Below, in pieces: positions 1 through 7,886 of a stretch of DNA of 34,045 nt. Under the pieces are notes generated by a model. The model saw only the letters and a list, made by a program, of their open reading frames with translations. It was not told where the DNA came from and searched no databases. Source of the stretch: Patescibacteria group bacterium (GTDB lineage: Bacteria; Patescibacteriota; Minisyncoccia; Phycocordibacterales; VMEP01); the NCBI GenBank assembly GCA_038064275.1, contig JBBTTL010000035.1:13793-47837 (forward strand), given 5' to 3'. Position 1 is the first letter of the stretch; each line of letters opens with the position of its first letter. The position numbers and the translations under genes are program-made.

Positions 1-2
1 TT

Positions 3-104
3 AAATTGAGCGATATCGTAGACCTAAACATTTACGACGACATTTTGCCGATTATCACAAAAGGAATGAATATGTTAAATTCTCAAAAACTAAAAGAAAA
101 ATAA
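3..104 (+). CDS. 3' end of an unidentified CDS cut by the window edge (...KLSDIVDLNIYDDILPIITKGMNMLNSQKLKEK*)
   Basis: Frame 3 is open from the window edge to TAA at 102-104. Too short to assign a family. Confidence 0.3.
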   Translation, partial: KLSDIVDLNIYDDILPIITKGMNMLNSQKLKEK

Positions 105-153
105 TTAATTATTTTCACTATTGACTATAGACTAAAGACTAATTACTACCCCA

Positions 154-852
154 ATGATAGATTTCTCAAAATTTGAAAAAAAGGTGAAAGTTTCATTTAA
201 AGATAAAAACTTGCTCAAGCAGGCGTTTGTTCACCGTTCCTACATCAATGAGAACCCGCGAGCGGGAATCGGGCATAATGAACGCATGGAGTTTTTGGGC
301 GACGCGGTGCTTGAACTTTCGGTTACAGATTATCTCTACCAAAAATATCCAGACAAGACCGAAGGCGATTTGACTTCATATCGCGCCTCTCTGGTGAATG
401 CCGAAATCATTTCTTCGGCGGCCCTTGAACTCGGCATGAACGATTATCTGCTTTTGTCCAAAGGGGAAGCAAAGGACGTTGGAAAAGCAAGACAATATAT
501 TTTGGCGAACGTTTTTGAGAGTTTCGTGGGGGCTCTTTATCTTGACCAGGGTTACGAAGCGGCTGATAAGTTTATTGGCAAGTCTCTTTTTAATAAAATT
601 GACGAGATTGTGGAGAAGGGGCTTTTCAGGGACGCCAAAAGCTTTATACAGGAAAAAGCCCAGGAGCATTTAGGAGTTACACCTTCATATAAAGTTATGA
701 AAGAAATCGGCCCCGACCATGACAAAATGTTCACGGTTGGCATTTATTTTGGCGATGATTTCATCGGAAACGGTTCCGGCAAATCAAAACAAGAAGCCGA
801 ACAAAAAGCGGCCCAGAACGCGCTTAAGGTCAGGGGATGGAATGGGGAATAA
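154..852 (+). CDS. rnc: Ribonuclease III
   Basis: 232 aa. RNase III signature ERMEFLGDAVLEL, and a C-terminal dsRNA-binding motif (GSGKSKQEAEQKAAQNAL). Confidence 0.95.
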   Translation: MIDFSKFEKKVKVSFKDKNLLKQAFVHRSYINENPRAGIGHNERMEFLGDAVLELSVTDYLYQKYPDKTEGDLTSYRASLVNAEIISSAALELGMNDYLLLSKGEAKDVGKARQYILANVFESFVGALYLDQGYEAADKFIGKSLFNKIDEIVEKGLFRDAKSFIQEKAQEHLGVTPSYKVMKEIGPDHDKMFTVGIYFGDDFIGNGSGKSKQEAEQKAAQNALKVRGWNGE

Positions 853-856
853 ACGG

Positions 857-886
857 CATTAAATAGAAAGTATAGCGTATTAAGAA
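857..886. repeat. AT-rich intergenic module, stop-proximal arm (ATTAAATAGAAAGTATAGCGTATTAAG)
   Basis: Inverted relative to the 1091-1130 module. Same word family (AGTATTAAGTA / TACTTAATACT) as at 3424, 6488, 6575, 14836 and 14876. Confidence 0.6.
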
Positions 887-905
887 AATAGAATTACAAA
901 TCAAT

Positions 906-937
906 CTATTTGCTAATTCGCTTGAATTAGCAAATAG
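906..937. repeat. Perfect palindrome CTATTTGCTAATTC-GCTT-GAATTAGCAAATAG (CTAATT palindrome family)
   Basis: 14-bp perfect arms read directly. Core CTAATTCG..GAATTAG is shared with 17991-18018 and related to 21456, 21985 and 22308. Confidence 0.8.
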
Positions 938-944
938 AAAAAGG

Positions 945-978
945 TAATAAAAAACGGGGTGGATTGGTTACCACCCCG
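945..978 (-). terminator. Rho-independent terminator oriented on the minus strand
   Basis: Stem CGGGGTGG/CCACCCCG (955-978) with an 8-nt loop. On the minus strand it is followed by a T-run (A-run 949-954 on plus). No annotated minus-strand gene lies upstream. Confidence 0.55.
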
Positions 979-1090
979 CCTAGGACCAAACGCTTCGGTC
1001 AGAATTTTTGGATTACGGCTTGATGTAGTCGAGTGCCAGTCGCTGGAACTGCTGGGCGAATTTTTCGTCTCCGTCCGTCGCTTAAGCTTA

Positions 1091-1130
1091 AATAACTTTA
1101 TACTTTATACTTAATACTTTATACTACCTA
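1091..1130. repeat. AT-rich intergenic module, start-proximal arm (…TACTTTATACTTAATACTTTATACTACC)
   Basis: Tandem TACTTTATAC/TTAATAC words ending 3 nt before the smc ATG. Contains TATACT (1120-1125) 7 nt upstream of the ATG. Confidence 0.65.
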
Positions 1131-1132
1131 GC

Positions 1133-3421
1133 ATGTATCTTAAACGCCTCGAACTTTCCGGATTCAAATCATTCGCCAAGAAAACAATTCTTGAGCTTGA
1201 CAGTCCGATTACCGCCATTGTCGGGCCGAATGGTTCCGGCAAATCAAACGTAGCCGAAGCGGTGCGTTTTGTGCTGGGCGAGCAGTCTATGAAATCTCTG
1301 CGCGGGAAATCCGGCACGGACCTTATTTTTAAGGGCTCAAAAGCGCACGGCGCCCTCGGGCGAGGAGCTGTGTCAATTATTTTTGACAACCGCAAGCGTG
1401 TTTTCGCCAAGCGCGAAGGAGAAGAAACCGGCATCAATGTAGATTTTGACGAAATCATCATCTCGCGCGAGGTTTACGGCGATGGGGCCAACAGCTATCT
1501 AGTAAACGGCTCTCAAGTGCGCCTGAAAGACATAATGGAGATTTTAGCTCCGCTTAACATCGGCTCGTCCGGACACCACATCATTTCACAGGGTGAGGCC
1601 GATAAAATTTTGAATTCTTCAATTAAAGACCGCAAGGAAATGATTGAAGACGCACTGGGACTACGCGTTTACCAGTACAAAATTATTGAAAGCGAGCGAA
1701 AACTGGAAAAAACGAACGAGAATATTAAAGAAGCCGAAAGCTTGCGGCGCGAGCTTGCTCCGCACATCGCTTTTCTCAAAAAGCAGATGGAAAAAATAGA
1801 GAAAGCCCGCGAGATGCGCGAAGAATTGAAAAGACTCTACTTTGAATATTTCAAGCGAGAGGATGCGTATCTCAAAGCGGTGGGTAACAAGCTTGAAAAT
1901 GAAGGAGCCGTTCGCAAGGAACTTAACCAACTTGATTCGGAGATTGCCGCCCTGAAGCGAGAGTTGTCGCTTTCGCCCGAAAACGAAGCATCAAATAAAA
2001 AACGAAGCGAGTCGGAAGATTCTCTTCAGTCCGCAAGGAACAAAAAAGACGAATTATCGCGAAAATTGGGGCGGTTGGAAGGAATGATTGAGCTTGAGGA
2101 AGAAAGAGCCGGCGAAAAGGAACATTCTTCCGGCAATTTGGGACTCTCCATGGTGACCATCTACGAAGTGGAGGCTGTGGCCAAAGAGATTACGGATTTG
2201 GCAGACAGGGCCCTGCTAGAAGGAAATATTTCATTTTTTCAAAAAACAATTCTGGAAATCAAAGAAGTAATCAAAGGGTTCCTCAAACGAAAACGAGAGT
2301 TTGATAACAAGGCTGTTCATAATAAAATAGCCGAAAAACTAAAGGGGCTTAAGGAAGAGCGCGAAAAAATTCAAAAAGAGCTTGATGTATGTCTCAGAGA
2401 AGAAGAACGACTGGCGCTTGAAATAGAAAAAATAAAAGAATTACAGGAAGGAGCCAAAGAAAACTTGCGAGACAAGGAGCGCTCGTTTTTTGAGCTCTCT
2501 TCCAAGCGCAGCGAGCTATCTTCTCGCGTCGGCATAATCGCCTTAAAGGAGGAAAAATTACGTTCAGAAGAGGAAGATTTCAGGCGGGAATTTGAAGAAG
2601 CGGTCGTACTTGTGGGGGAGGAAATAAAGGGATACCGCGACTTTGTTTTGACCCCCGACACGCCTCTTCTCTTGGAAGAGGAACGCGTGCCGCAGGAAGA
2701 CAGGCGCAAGAAAATTGAACGCATAAAAATCAGACTTGAAGACGCGGGTATTGGTCAGACCGAAGAAATAGAAAATGAATATCGGGCGACATCAACACGC
2801 GATAAATTTTTAGAAACTGAAATAACGGACCTGAAAGGAAGCAAAACATCTCTGGAAGGGCTCATTGCCGAGCTTAAAGAAAAATTGGATATTGAATTCA
2901 AAAACGGCGTTTCAAAAATAAACAAGGAGTTCACGGAATTTTTCCATGGGATGTTCGGCGGAGGAACAGCCAGTCTTTCCGTGGCCAGGCGTGAGAAAAA
3001 GCATTATAGAAGCGATATTGACGAAGAAGAAAGAGAACTTTTTGATAAAGAAGAAAAAGAGATTGAAGAGGGGATTGAAATCAATGTTTCGCTTCCCCAG
3101 AAAAGAATAAAAGATTTGACCATGCTATCGGGAGGGGAAAGGGCCCTGACTTCCATCGCCTTACTTTTTGCCATTACCCAGGTGAATCCACCGCCATTTT
3201 TGGTGCTTGATGAAACGGACGCCGCGCTCGATGAGGCCAATTCCCGTAAGTACGGTGAGATGCTTGGAACTCTATCCAAATTATCGCATCTGATAGTCAT
3301 CACTCATAATCGCGAAACGATGTCACATGCCAGTGTTCTTTATGGCATCACCATGGGCGCCGACGGCATCTCGCGAATACTCTCCGTCAAATTTGACGAA
3401 GCGGTTGAGTATGCGAAGTAA
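1133..3421 (+). CDS. smc: SMC-type chromosome segregation ATPase, unusually short (762 aa)
   Basis: N-terminus MYLKRLELSGFKSFAKKT...GPNGSGKSN (Walker A). C-terminal signature LSGGERALTSIALLFAI, Walker B FLVLDETDAALD. Long Glu/Lys/Arg-rich heptad-like middle. Confidence 0.85.
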   Translation: MYLKRLELSGFKSFAKKTILELDSPITAIVGPNGSGKSNVAEAVRFVLGEQSMKSLRGKSGTDLIFKGSKAHGALGRGAVSIIFDNRKRVFAKREGEETGINVDFDEIIISREVYGDGANSYLVNGSQVRLKDIMEILAPLNIGSSGHHIISQGEADKILNSSIKDRKEMIEDALGLRVYQYKIIESERKLEKTNENIKEAESLRRELAPHIAFLKKQMEKIEKAREMREELKRLYFEYFKREDAYLKAVGNKLENEGAVRKELNQLDSEIAALKRELSLSPENEASNKKRSESEDSLQSARNKKDELSRKLGRLEGMIELEEERAGEKEHSSGNLGLSMVTIYEVEAVAKEITDLADRALLEGNISFFQKTILEIKEVIKGFLKRKREFDNKAVHNKIAEKLKGLKEEREKIQKELDVCLREEERLALEIEKIKELQEGAKENLRDKERSFFELSSKRSELSSRVGIIALKEEKLRSEEEDFRREFEEAVVLVGEEIKGYRDFVLTPDTPLLLEEERVPQEDRRKKIERIKIRLEDAGIGQTEEIENEYRATSTRDKFLETEITDLKGSKTSLEGLIAELKEKLDIEFKNGVSKINKEFTEFFHGMFGGGTASLSVARREKKHYRSDIDEEERELFDKEEKEIEEGIEINVSLPQKRIKDLTMLSGGERALTSIALLFAITQVNPPPFLVLDETDAALDEANSRKYGEMLGTLSKLSHLIVITHNRETMSHASVLYGITMGADGISRILSVKFDEAVEYAK

Positions 3422-3423
3422 TT

Positions 3424-3460
3424 GGGCAGTATTAAGTATAAAGTATCAGGTATTAGGTAT
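3424..3460. repeat. AT-rich intergenic module, stop-proximal arm (GGGCAGTATTAAGTATAAAGTATCAGGTATTAGGTAT)
   Basis: Starts 3 nt after the smc stop. Same word family as 6488-6522 and 14836-14868. No partner arm here (convergent gene pair). Confidence 0.6.
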
Positions 3461-3463
3461 GAG

Positions 3464-3502
3464 AATTAATCACTTGGAAGCGAAGCTTCCAAGTGATTAA
3501 TT
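3464..3502. terminator. Bidirectional hairpin terminator between convergent smc and rnr
   Basis: Near-perfect palindrome AATTAATCACTTGGAAGC-GA-AGCTTCCAAGTGATTAATT between two convergent stop codons. Confidence 0.8.
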
Positions 3503-3550
3503 ATTCGCAAACATTTGTAGATTGGTGCACATTTGTAAATTGGTATCGAG

Positions 3551-5491
3551 TTATACAAACACATAATCAATAGTTTTTCGGACCATATCGGCGCCAGCGA
3601 CTTTAAATCGCACGGGGTCGCCCAGAGTAAAAGTTTTTTTGGTGCGTTCGCCCACAATGCGATAATTTTTTTCGTCAAAAACATAAAAATCATTGCCGAT
3701 GTCGCGGAGTTTGACCATTCCTTCGCACTTAGTTTCTTTTTCTTCCACATAAATACCCCAGTCGGTTACACTTGAGATAACGCCGTCAAATACCTGCCCC
3801 ACCCGCGAAGACATATACTCAACCTGTTTGTATTTAATGGAAGCCCGCTCGGCATCCGACGCTTCTTTCTCGCGCTGGGAGGAATAAACACACATGGCTT
3901 CGTATAGGTGCCACTCATCTTCTTTGATTTTTTCTCCGCGCAGATATTCATCAAGCAATCTGTGCACCATCACATCCGGATAGCGCCTTATGGGAGAGGT
4001 AAAGTGGGTGTAATGTTTAAAAGCCAAGCCAAAGTGGCCGATATTTTTGGTAGTGTAGACCGCTTTGGCCATTGAACGGACAATGGCCGTCTGGATTGTG
4101 TCCTTGCCAGGCTTGCCCTCAAGCGACGCTATCAATTTATTTAATTCTTTCCCTTCCACTATGCCGTCTTTGGTTTTCACGCTATAACCCAAACTCTTTA
4201 AGAACAGGGTGAGATTATGCATACGGTCATAATCGGGGTTATCGTGCACGCGATAGACAAAAACAGATTCTTTTTCCATATTCGCCACAAAGCTGGCCAC
4301 TTTTTTGTTTGCCAAAAGCATAAATTCTTCAATCAATTTGTTTGTGTCCTGGCGCGTTTTCTTATATACCTTAATGGGCACACCCGCCTCATCCAGCACG
4401 AATTTCACTTCTTCCTGGTCAAGCGAAATAGCGCCTTCTTCAAAGCGCTCTTGAGTCAGTTTTTTGGCAAGCGAGTTAAGCGCGGAAAGCTCGTGGTAAA
4501 ATTCACCCTTTTTATTATCCAGAATCTCTTGCGCTTCTTCGTAAGTGAAGCGTTTGTCGGAATGGATAATGGTTTTGCCGAACCATTCTTCAAGCACCCG
4601 AGCGTTTTGGTCCAGCACAAATACCGCGCTCATGGTCAGTTTGTCTTCGTCCGGATTTAGGCTGCACAAATCATTGGATATGGCCTCCGGAAGCATGGGG
4701 ATGGTTCTATCAACAAGATAAAGCGAAGTAGATCGCTTGATGGCTTCTTTGTTTAAAAAAGTATCAGGGCGCACGTAATGGGACACATCGGCAATGTGAA
4801 TTCCTATTTCTACCTTACCGCCCCCTAAATCCTTAAACGAGAGTGCGTCGTCAAAATCTTTAGCGTCAAATGGATCTATAGTGAAAGTGGTTATTTTCCT
4901 GAAGTCCCTTCTTTTTTTTATTTCTTCTTCACTAAGGACCTTTTTCTTGAGTACTTCCGCTTCGCGCTCTACGGGGGAGGGGAACTCTTTGCGGAATCCT
5001 TTCTCAAGTGCGATGCCCTTCATTTCGGCGTTATGTTCGCCGGGCTCGCCCAAAACCTCATCCACTTCTCCTATGGGATTTTTTTGCGGGTCTTTCCAAT
5101 CGGTTATGATAACGAAAACTTTTTGTCCTTCCTTCGCACCCTTTAATTTTTCTTGGGGGATTACGATATCGGTATACATCTTGATGTCGCTTGGCACCAA
5201 AAAATAGACGCCGCCCTCTTTTTCAATCACGCCGGCAAAGCCCGCCTTGGAGCGCGAAATGATTTCTCTAATCTCTCCCGTCTCTTTTCCTTCTTTATTT
5301 TTACCGACAATAAGCACCCGCACTTGGTCGCCGTGAAGTCCGGTGTTTAAAAATTTTGGGTCAATTTCTATGGTTTCCTCGCGGTCTTTCACCCGCACAT
5401 ACCCGAGCCCCTTGCCTGTGATTGAGAGTGTTCCGTCCAGCGTATTGGTTCCCGTCCTTTTTGTTTCCGGATTATTTTTTTTATGTTTCAT
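3551..5491 (-). CDS. rnr: Ribonuclease R (RNB-family 3'-5' exoribonuclease)
   Basis: 646 aa. RNB catalytic region (FTIDPFDAKDFDDALS, HFGLAFKHYTHFTSPIRRYPD) and a C-terminal S1 domain (GQVFDGVISSVTDWGIYVE). Confidence 0.93.
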   Translation of the reverse strand: MKHKKNNPETKRTGTNTLDGTLSITGKGLGYVRVKDREETIEIDPKFLNTGLHGDQVRVLIVGKNKEGKETGEIREIISRSKAGFAGVIEKEGGVYFLVPSDIKMYTDIVIPQEKLKGAKEGQKVFVIITDWKDPQKNPIGEVDEVLGEPGEHNAEMKGIALEKGFRKEFPSPVEREAEVLKKKVLSEEEIKKRRDFRKITTFTIDPFDAKDFDDALSFKDLGGGKVEIGIHIADVSHYVRPDTFLNKEAIKRSTSLYLVDRTIPMLPEAISNDLCSLNPDEDKLTMSAVFVLDQNARVLEEWFGKTIIHSDKRFTYEEAQEILDNKKGEFYHELSALNSLAKKLTQERFEEGAISLDQEEVKFVLDEAGVPIKVYKKTRQDTNKLIEEFMLLANKKVASFVANMEKESVFVYRVHDNPDYDRMHNLTLFLKSLGYSVKTKDGIVEGKELNKLIASLEGKPGKDTIQTAIVRSMAKAVYTTKNIGHFGLAFKHYTHFTSPIRRYPDVMVHRLLDEYLRGEKIKEDEWHLYEAMCVYSSQREKEASDAERASIKYKQVEYMSSRVGQVFDGVISSVTDWGIYVEEKETKCEGMVKLRDIGNDFYVFDEKNYRIVGERTKKTFTLGDPVRFKVAGADMVRKTIDYVFV

Positions 5492-5562
5492 TATATGTTG
5501 AGGAATCTACTATAACACGTTTTTGCTTGACCTTTTAGTGCCATTTAGTTAATATAACGCCT

Positions 5563-5931
5563 ATGTTAATGATACGACTACAACGAATAGGCAGAACCAA
5601 CGACCCGTCTTTTCGGGTTGTGCTTACTGACCGCAGGAATTCTCCCAAGAGCCGAAATTTTGTGGAACTTTTGGGCACATACAATGTGCAGGCGGGGAAG
5701 ACCGCGTTTAACGCCGAGCGCATAAAGCACTGGATTTCAAAAGGAGCCAAACTTTCTCCGACTATGCACAATTTTATGGTGCATGAAAAGATAATCGCGG
5801 GCAAAAAAATTAACGTCCTGCCCCGCAAGTCTCCTGTAAAAAAAGAAGGAGAAGGGGTCCCGGCGGAGTCCGCCGCTCCGGCCGCCCAGGCTGTCGCAGG
5901 GCCGGTGGCTGAAGCGACAGCGACCGAATAA
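5563..5931 (+). CDS. rpsP: 30S ribosomal protein S16 with Ala/Pro-rich C-terminal extension
   Basis: MLMIRLQRIGRTNDPSFRVVLTD... is a typical S16 N-terminus. The last ~35 residues are a low-complexity extension. Confidence 0.93.
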   Translation: MLMIRLQRIGRTNDPSFRVVLTDRRNSPKSRNFVELLGTYNVQAGKTAFNAERIKHWISKGAKLSPTMHNFMVHEKIIAGKKINVLPRKSPVKKEGEGVPAESAAPAAQAVAGPVAEATATE

Positions 5932-6015
5932 ATTTCAGGGTCTCCGCAAACCACCCAACCTTAATACTTGTTTGATACTTGGACGTCCAACGTCCAAGCC
6001 TTGATATTTGGGTCT

Positions 6016-6052
6016 AAAAATGCGCCAATACTTTTCCTCTTGGCGCATTTTT
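6016..6052 (+). terminator. Rho-independent terminator after rpsP
   Basis: AAAAATGCGCCAA / TTGGCGCATTTTT arms around an 11-nt loop, with a T-run on the 3' side. Confidence 0.7.
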
Positions 6053-6161
6053 GTAAATATACTATTATATTGAAAGCAGACACTTAACGTCGGAAGGCTG
6101 CATTACCATTACCAAGGCCCGCCTGCGCGTAACACGCGGGCAGGCAATAATTTTGAACACG

Positions 6162-6488
6162 ATGGAAAAGGACAAAGAATTTCTTGAGTACGTTATAAAG
6201 TCATTAGTGGATAATCCGAATGACGTCAAAGTTAATCGGACGGTAGACGAGATGGGAGTATTACTCACGCTAGACATTAATCCGGCTGATATGGGCAAAG
6301 TTATCGGCAGACAGGGCAATACCGCTAAAGCCATTCGCACGATTTTGCGCGTTGTCGGAATGAAAAACAGCGCCAGAGTCAATTTGAAGATTAACGAGCC
6401 GATAGGCGGCCTGCGCGACACCGGCGCAAGCTCCGGTAGCGCCACCAAGACGGTAGAGGAAGCAATGGAAGGACTCTCGGGACTCTAG
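6162..6488 (+). CDS. KH-domain RNA-binding protein (YlqC/UPF0109-like)
   Basis: EFLEYVIKSLVDNPNDVKV...GKVIGRQGNTAKAIRTILRV contains the GxxG KH motif. Usual position after rpsP. The ATG at 6162 is preferred over the TTG at 6153. Confidence 0.85.
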   Translation: MEKDKEFLEYVIKSLVDNPNDVKVNRTVDEMGVLLTLDINPADMGKVIGRQGNTAKAIRTILRVVGMKNSARVNLKINEPIGGLRDTGASSGSATKTVEEAMEGLSGL

Positions 6489-6522
6489 GGGTAGTATTAA
6501 GTAGAAAGTATTAAGTATTAAG
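6488..6522. repeat. AT-rich intergenic module, stop-proximal arm (GGGGTAGTATTAAGTAGAAAGTATTAAGTATTAAGG)
   Basis: Begins on the last base of the KH-gene TAG. Largely complementary to 6575-6610, including the GGGGTAG/CTACCCC clamp. Confidence 0.75.
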
Positions 6523-6524
6523 GA

Positions 6525-6562
6525 ATCAAAACCCCTCCCTGCTAGCAGGGAGGGGTTTTGAT
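6525..6562. terminator. 38-nt perfect palindrome (terminator-like hairpin) inside the KH-trmD spacer
   Basis: ATCAAAACCCCTCCCTGC-TA-GCAGGGAGGGGTTTTGAT read directly. Only a 4-T run follows, so termination efficiency is uncertain. Confidence 0.65.
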
Positions 6563-6574
6563 TAAAACTCAACT

Positions 6575-6610
6575 GCTTACTACTTAATGCTTAATACTTT
6601 ATACTACCCC
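6575..6610. repeat. AT-rich intergenic module, start-proximal arm (CTTACTACTTAATGCTTAATACTTTATACTACCCC)
   Basis: Ends 1 nt before the trmD ATG. Contains TATACT (6600-6605) 6 nt upstream of the ATG. Confidence 0.75.
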
Positions 6611-6611
6611 T

Positions 6612-7256
6612 ATGACTTTCCACGTTATAACCATTTTCCCGAAAATGTTTGAGTCGTATATGGCCGACTCTATTTTGGCGCGGGCGATAAAGAATAAAAA
6701 AATCAGCGTGAAATTTTATAATCCTCGCGATTTTACAAACGACAAACACCACAAGGTAGACGACAGGGCCTACGGCGGGGGCCCTGGCATGGTTATGTAT
6801 GCGGAGCCAATTTTGCGCGCGGTTGAAAAATTAAAAATTAAAAGCGAAAAATTAAAAATAATAATACTTTCTCCAGCGGGGAAGAAATTTACTAACAAGG
6901 AGGCATCGCTTCTCGCAAAACGCCGGGGAGACATTGTGCTCATTTCCGGCAGGTACGAAGGCATAGACGCGCGGGTGAAAAAAATACTTAAGGCAGAAGA
7001 ATATTCAATTGGAGAATATGTGCTAACCGGCGGCGAGCTTCCGGCCATGGTCGTCATTGATGCCGTGGCGCGCCAAATAAAAGGAGTACTCGGCAAGTTT
7101 GAGTCGGTGGAAGAAAACCGTCTGTCTTCAAGCGAAGTATATACACGTCCGGAAATTTTAAAATACAAAGGCAAAAAATACCGCGTGCCGAAAGTGCTTC
7201 TTTCCGGCCACCGCAAAAAAATAGAGGAGTGGAGGAAAGGCAAAATTAAAAATTGA
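6612..7256 (+). CDS. trmD: tRNA (guanine37-N1)-methyltransferase
   Basis: 214 aa. MTFHVITIFPKMFESY..., GRYEGIDARV, and a SPOUT-type C-terminal half. Ends in TGA. Confidence 0.95.
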   Translation: MTFHVITIFPKMFESYMADSILARAIKNKKISVKFYNPRDFTNDKHHKVDDRAYGGGPGMVMYAEPILRAVEKLKIKSEKLKIIILSPAGKKFTNKEASLLAKRRGDIVLISGRYEGIDARVKKILKAEEYSIGEYVLTGGELPAMVVIDAVARQIKGVLGKFESVEENRLSSSEVYTRPEILKYKGKKYRVPKVLLSGHRKKIEEWRKGKIKN

Positions 7257-7285
7257 AAATTAAAAACAAAATTGGAATGCTTTAG

Positions 7286-7561
7286 TTAAGCAATTTTGAG
7301 ACGCGTTTTGACGACTCGTAAACCGTCTTCAGGGCGCTCAATGCGATTTTCGTGAGCGCGAATGAGAATGTTTTCAATTCGGTCAAGTCGTTCGTCAACT
7401 TTATTGAATCGCTCATTCATTTCTCCCCGCAGATCTTTTACTTCTTCCTTCACCCCTCTAATATCGGTTGCCGTTTCCTCAAATCCTTTTTGCACCATCA
7501 TTGCAAGAGTATCAGTGGTTACCTTATTTTTTTTAGTGTTTGTTTTTTTGAGCTTTTTCAT
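7286..7561 (-). CDS. Hypothetical small coiled-coil protein
   Basis: Start taken at the internal Met (MKKLKKTNTKK...). Heptad-rich EEVKDLRGEMNERFNKVDERLDRIENIL. No family recognised. Confidence 0.5.
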   Translation of the reverse strand: MKKLKKTNTKKNKVTTDTLAMMVQKGFEETATDIRGVKEEVKDLRGEMNERFNKVDERLDRIENILIRAHENRIERPEDGLRVVKTRLKIA

Positions 7562-7705
7562 GCTGATTATTATATAACTGATACAATGTAGTTGGTTCGT
7601 TCGGTTGAAATGTAAATTCATTTCTATTTCACCCCCCTGCCAATTATAGCATTGAAATTATATTATATAGAAATAACGCTTTTTGTTGATAACCTGTGGG
7701 TTTGC

Positions 7706-7733
7706 TTGACAAGATTTTGGCGGCCTGTATACT
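7706..7733 (+). promoter_or_regulatory. Near-consensus sigma-70 promoter (TTGACA-N16-TATACT) about 280 nt upstream of rpoB
   Basis: TTGACA at 7706-7711 and TATACT at 7728-7733, read directly. Confidence 0.55.
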
Positions 7734-7886
7734 ACAGGGTAACGATAATCTGATTGAGTTTTGGCTGAAATTAGCGTTTAAATACTTAAGTGTCTCGAGG
7801 GACTGGTAAAAATTAATATTTTTTAGGTTAATTCCTTAAAACAAAGGCGCGACTCTCGTTGTGTTTTGTTTTAATTTTTTGCATGA

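Noticed and set aside
3511-3545. Tandem direct repeat ACATTTGTARATTGGT x2 just downstream of the rnr stop.
   Set aside because: Only two short copies, with no other occurrence noticed. Probably incidental or part of the terminator region.
6612-7256. Alternative genetic code (UGA recoding, as in some CPR lineages).
   Set aside because: trmD terminates at TGA at the expected length, and all conserved genes are intact with code 11. Nothing suggests in-frame TGA read-through.
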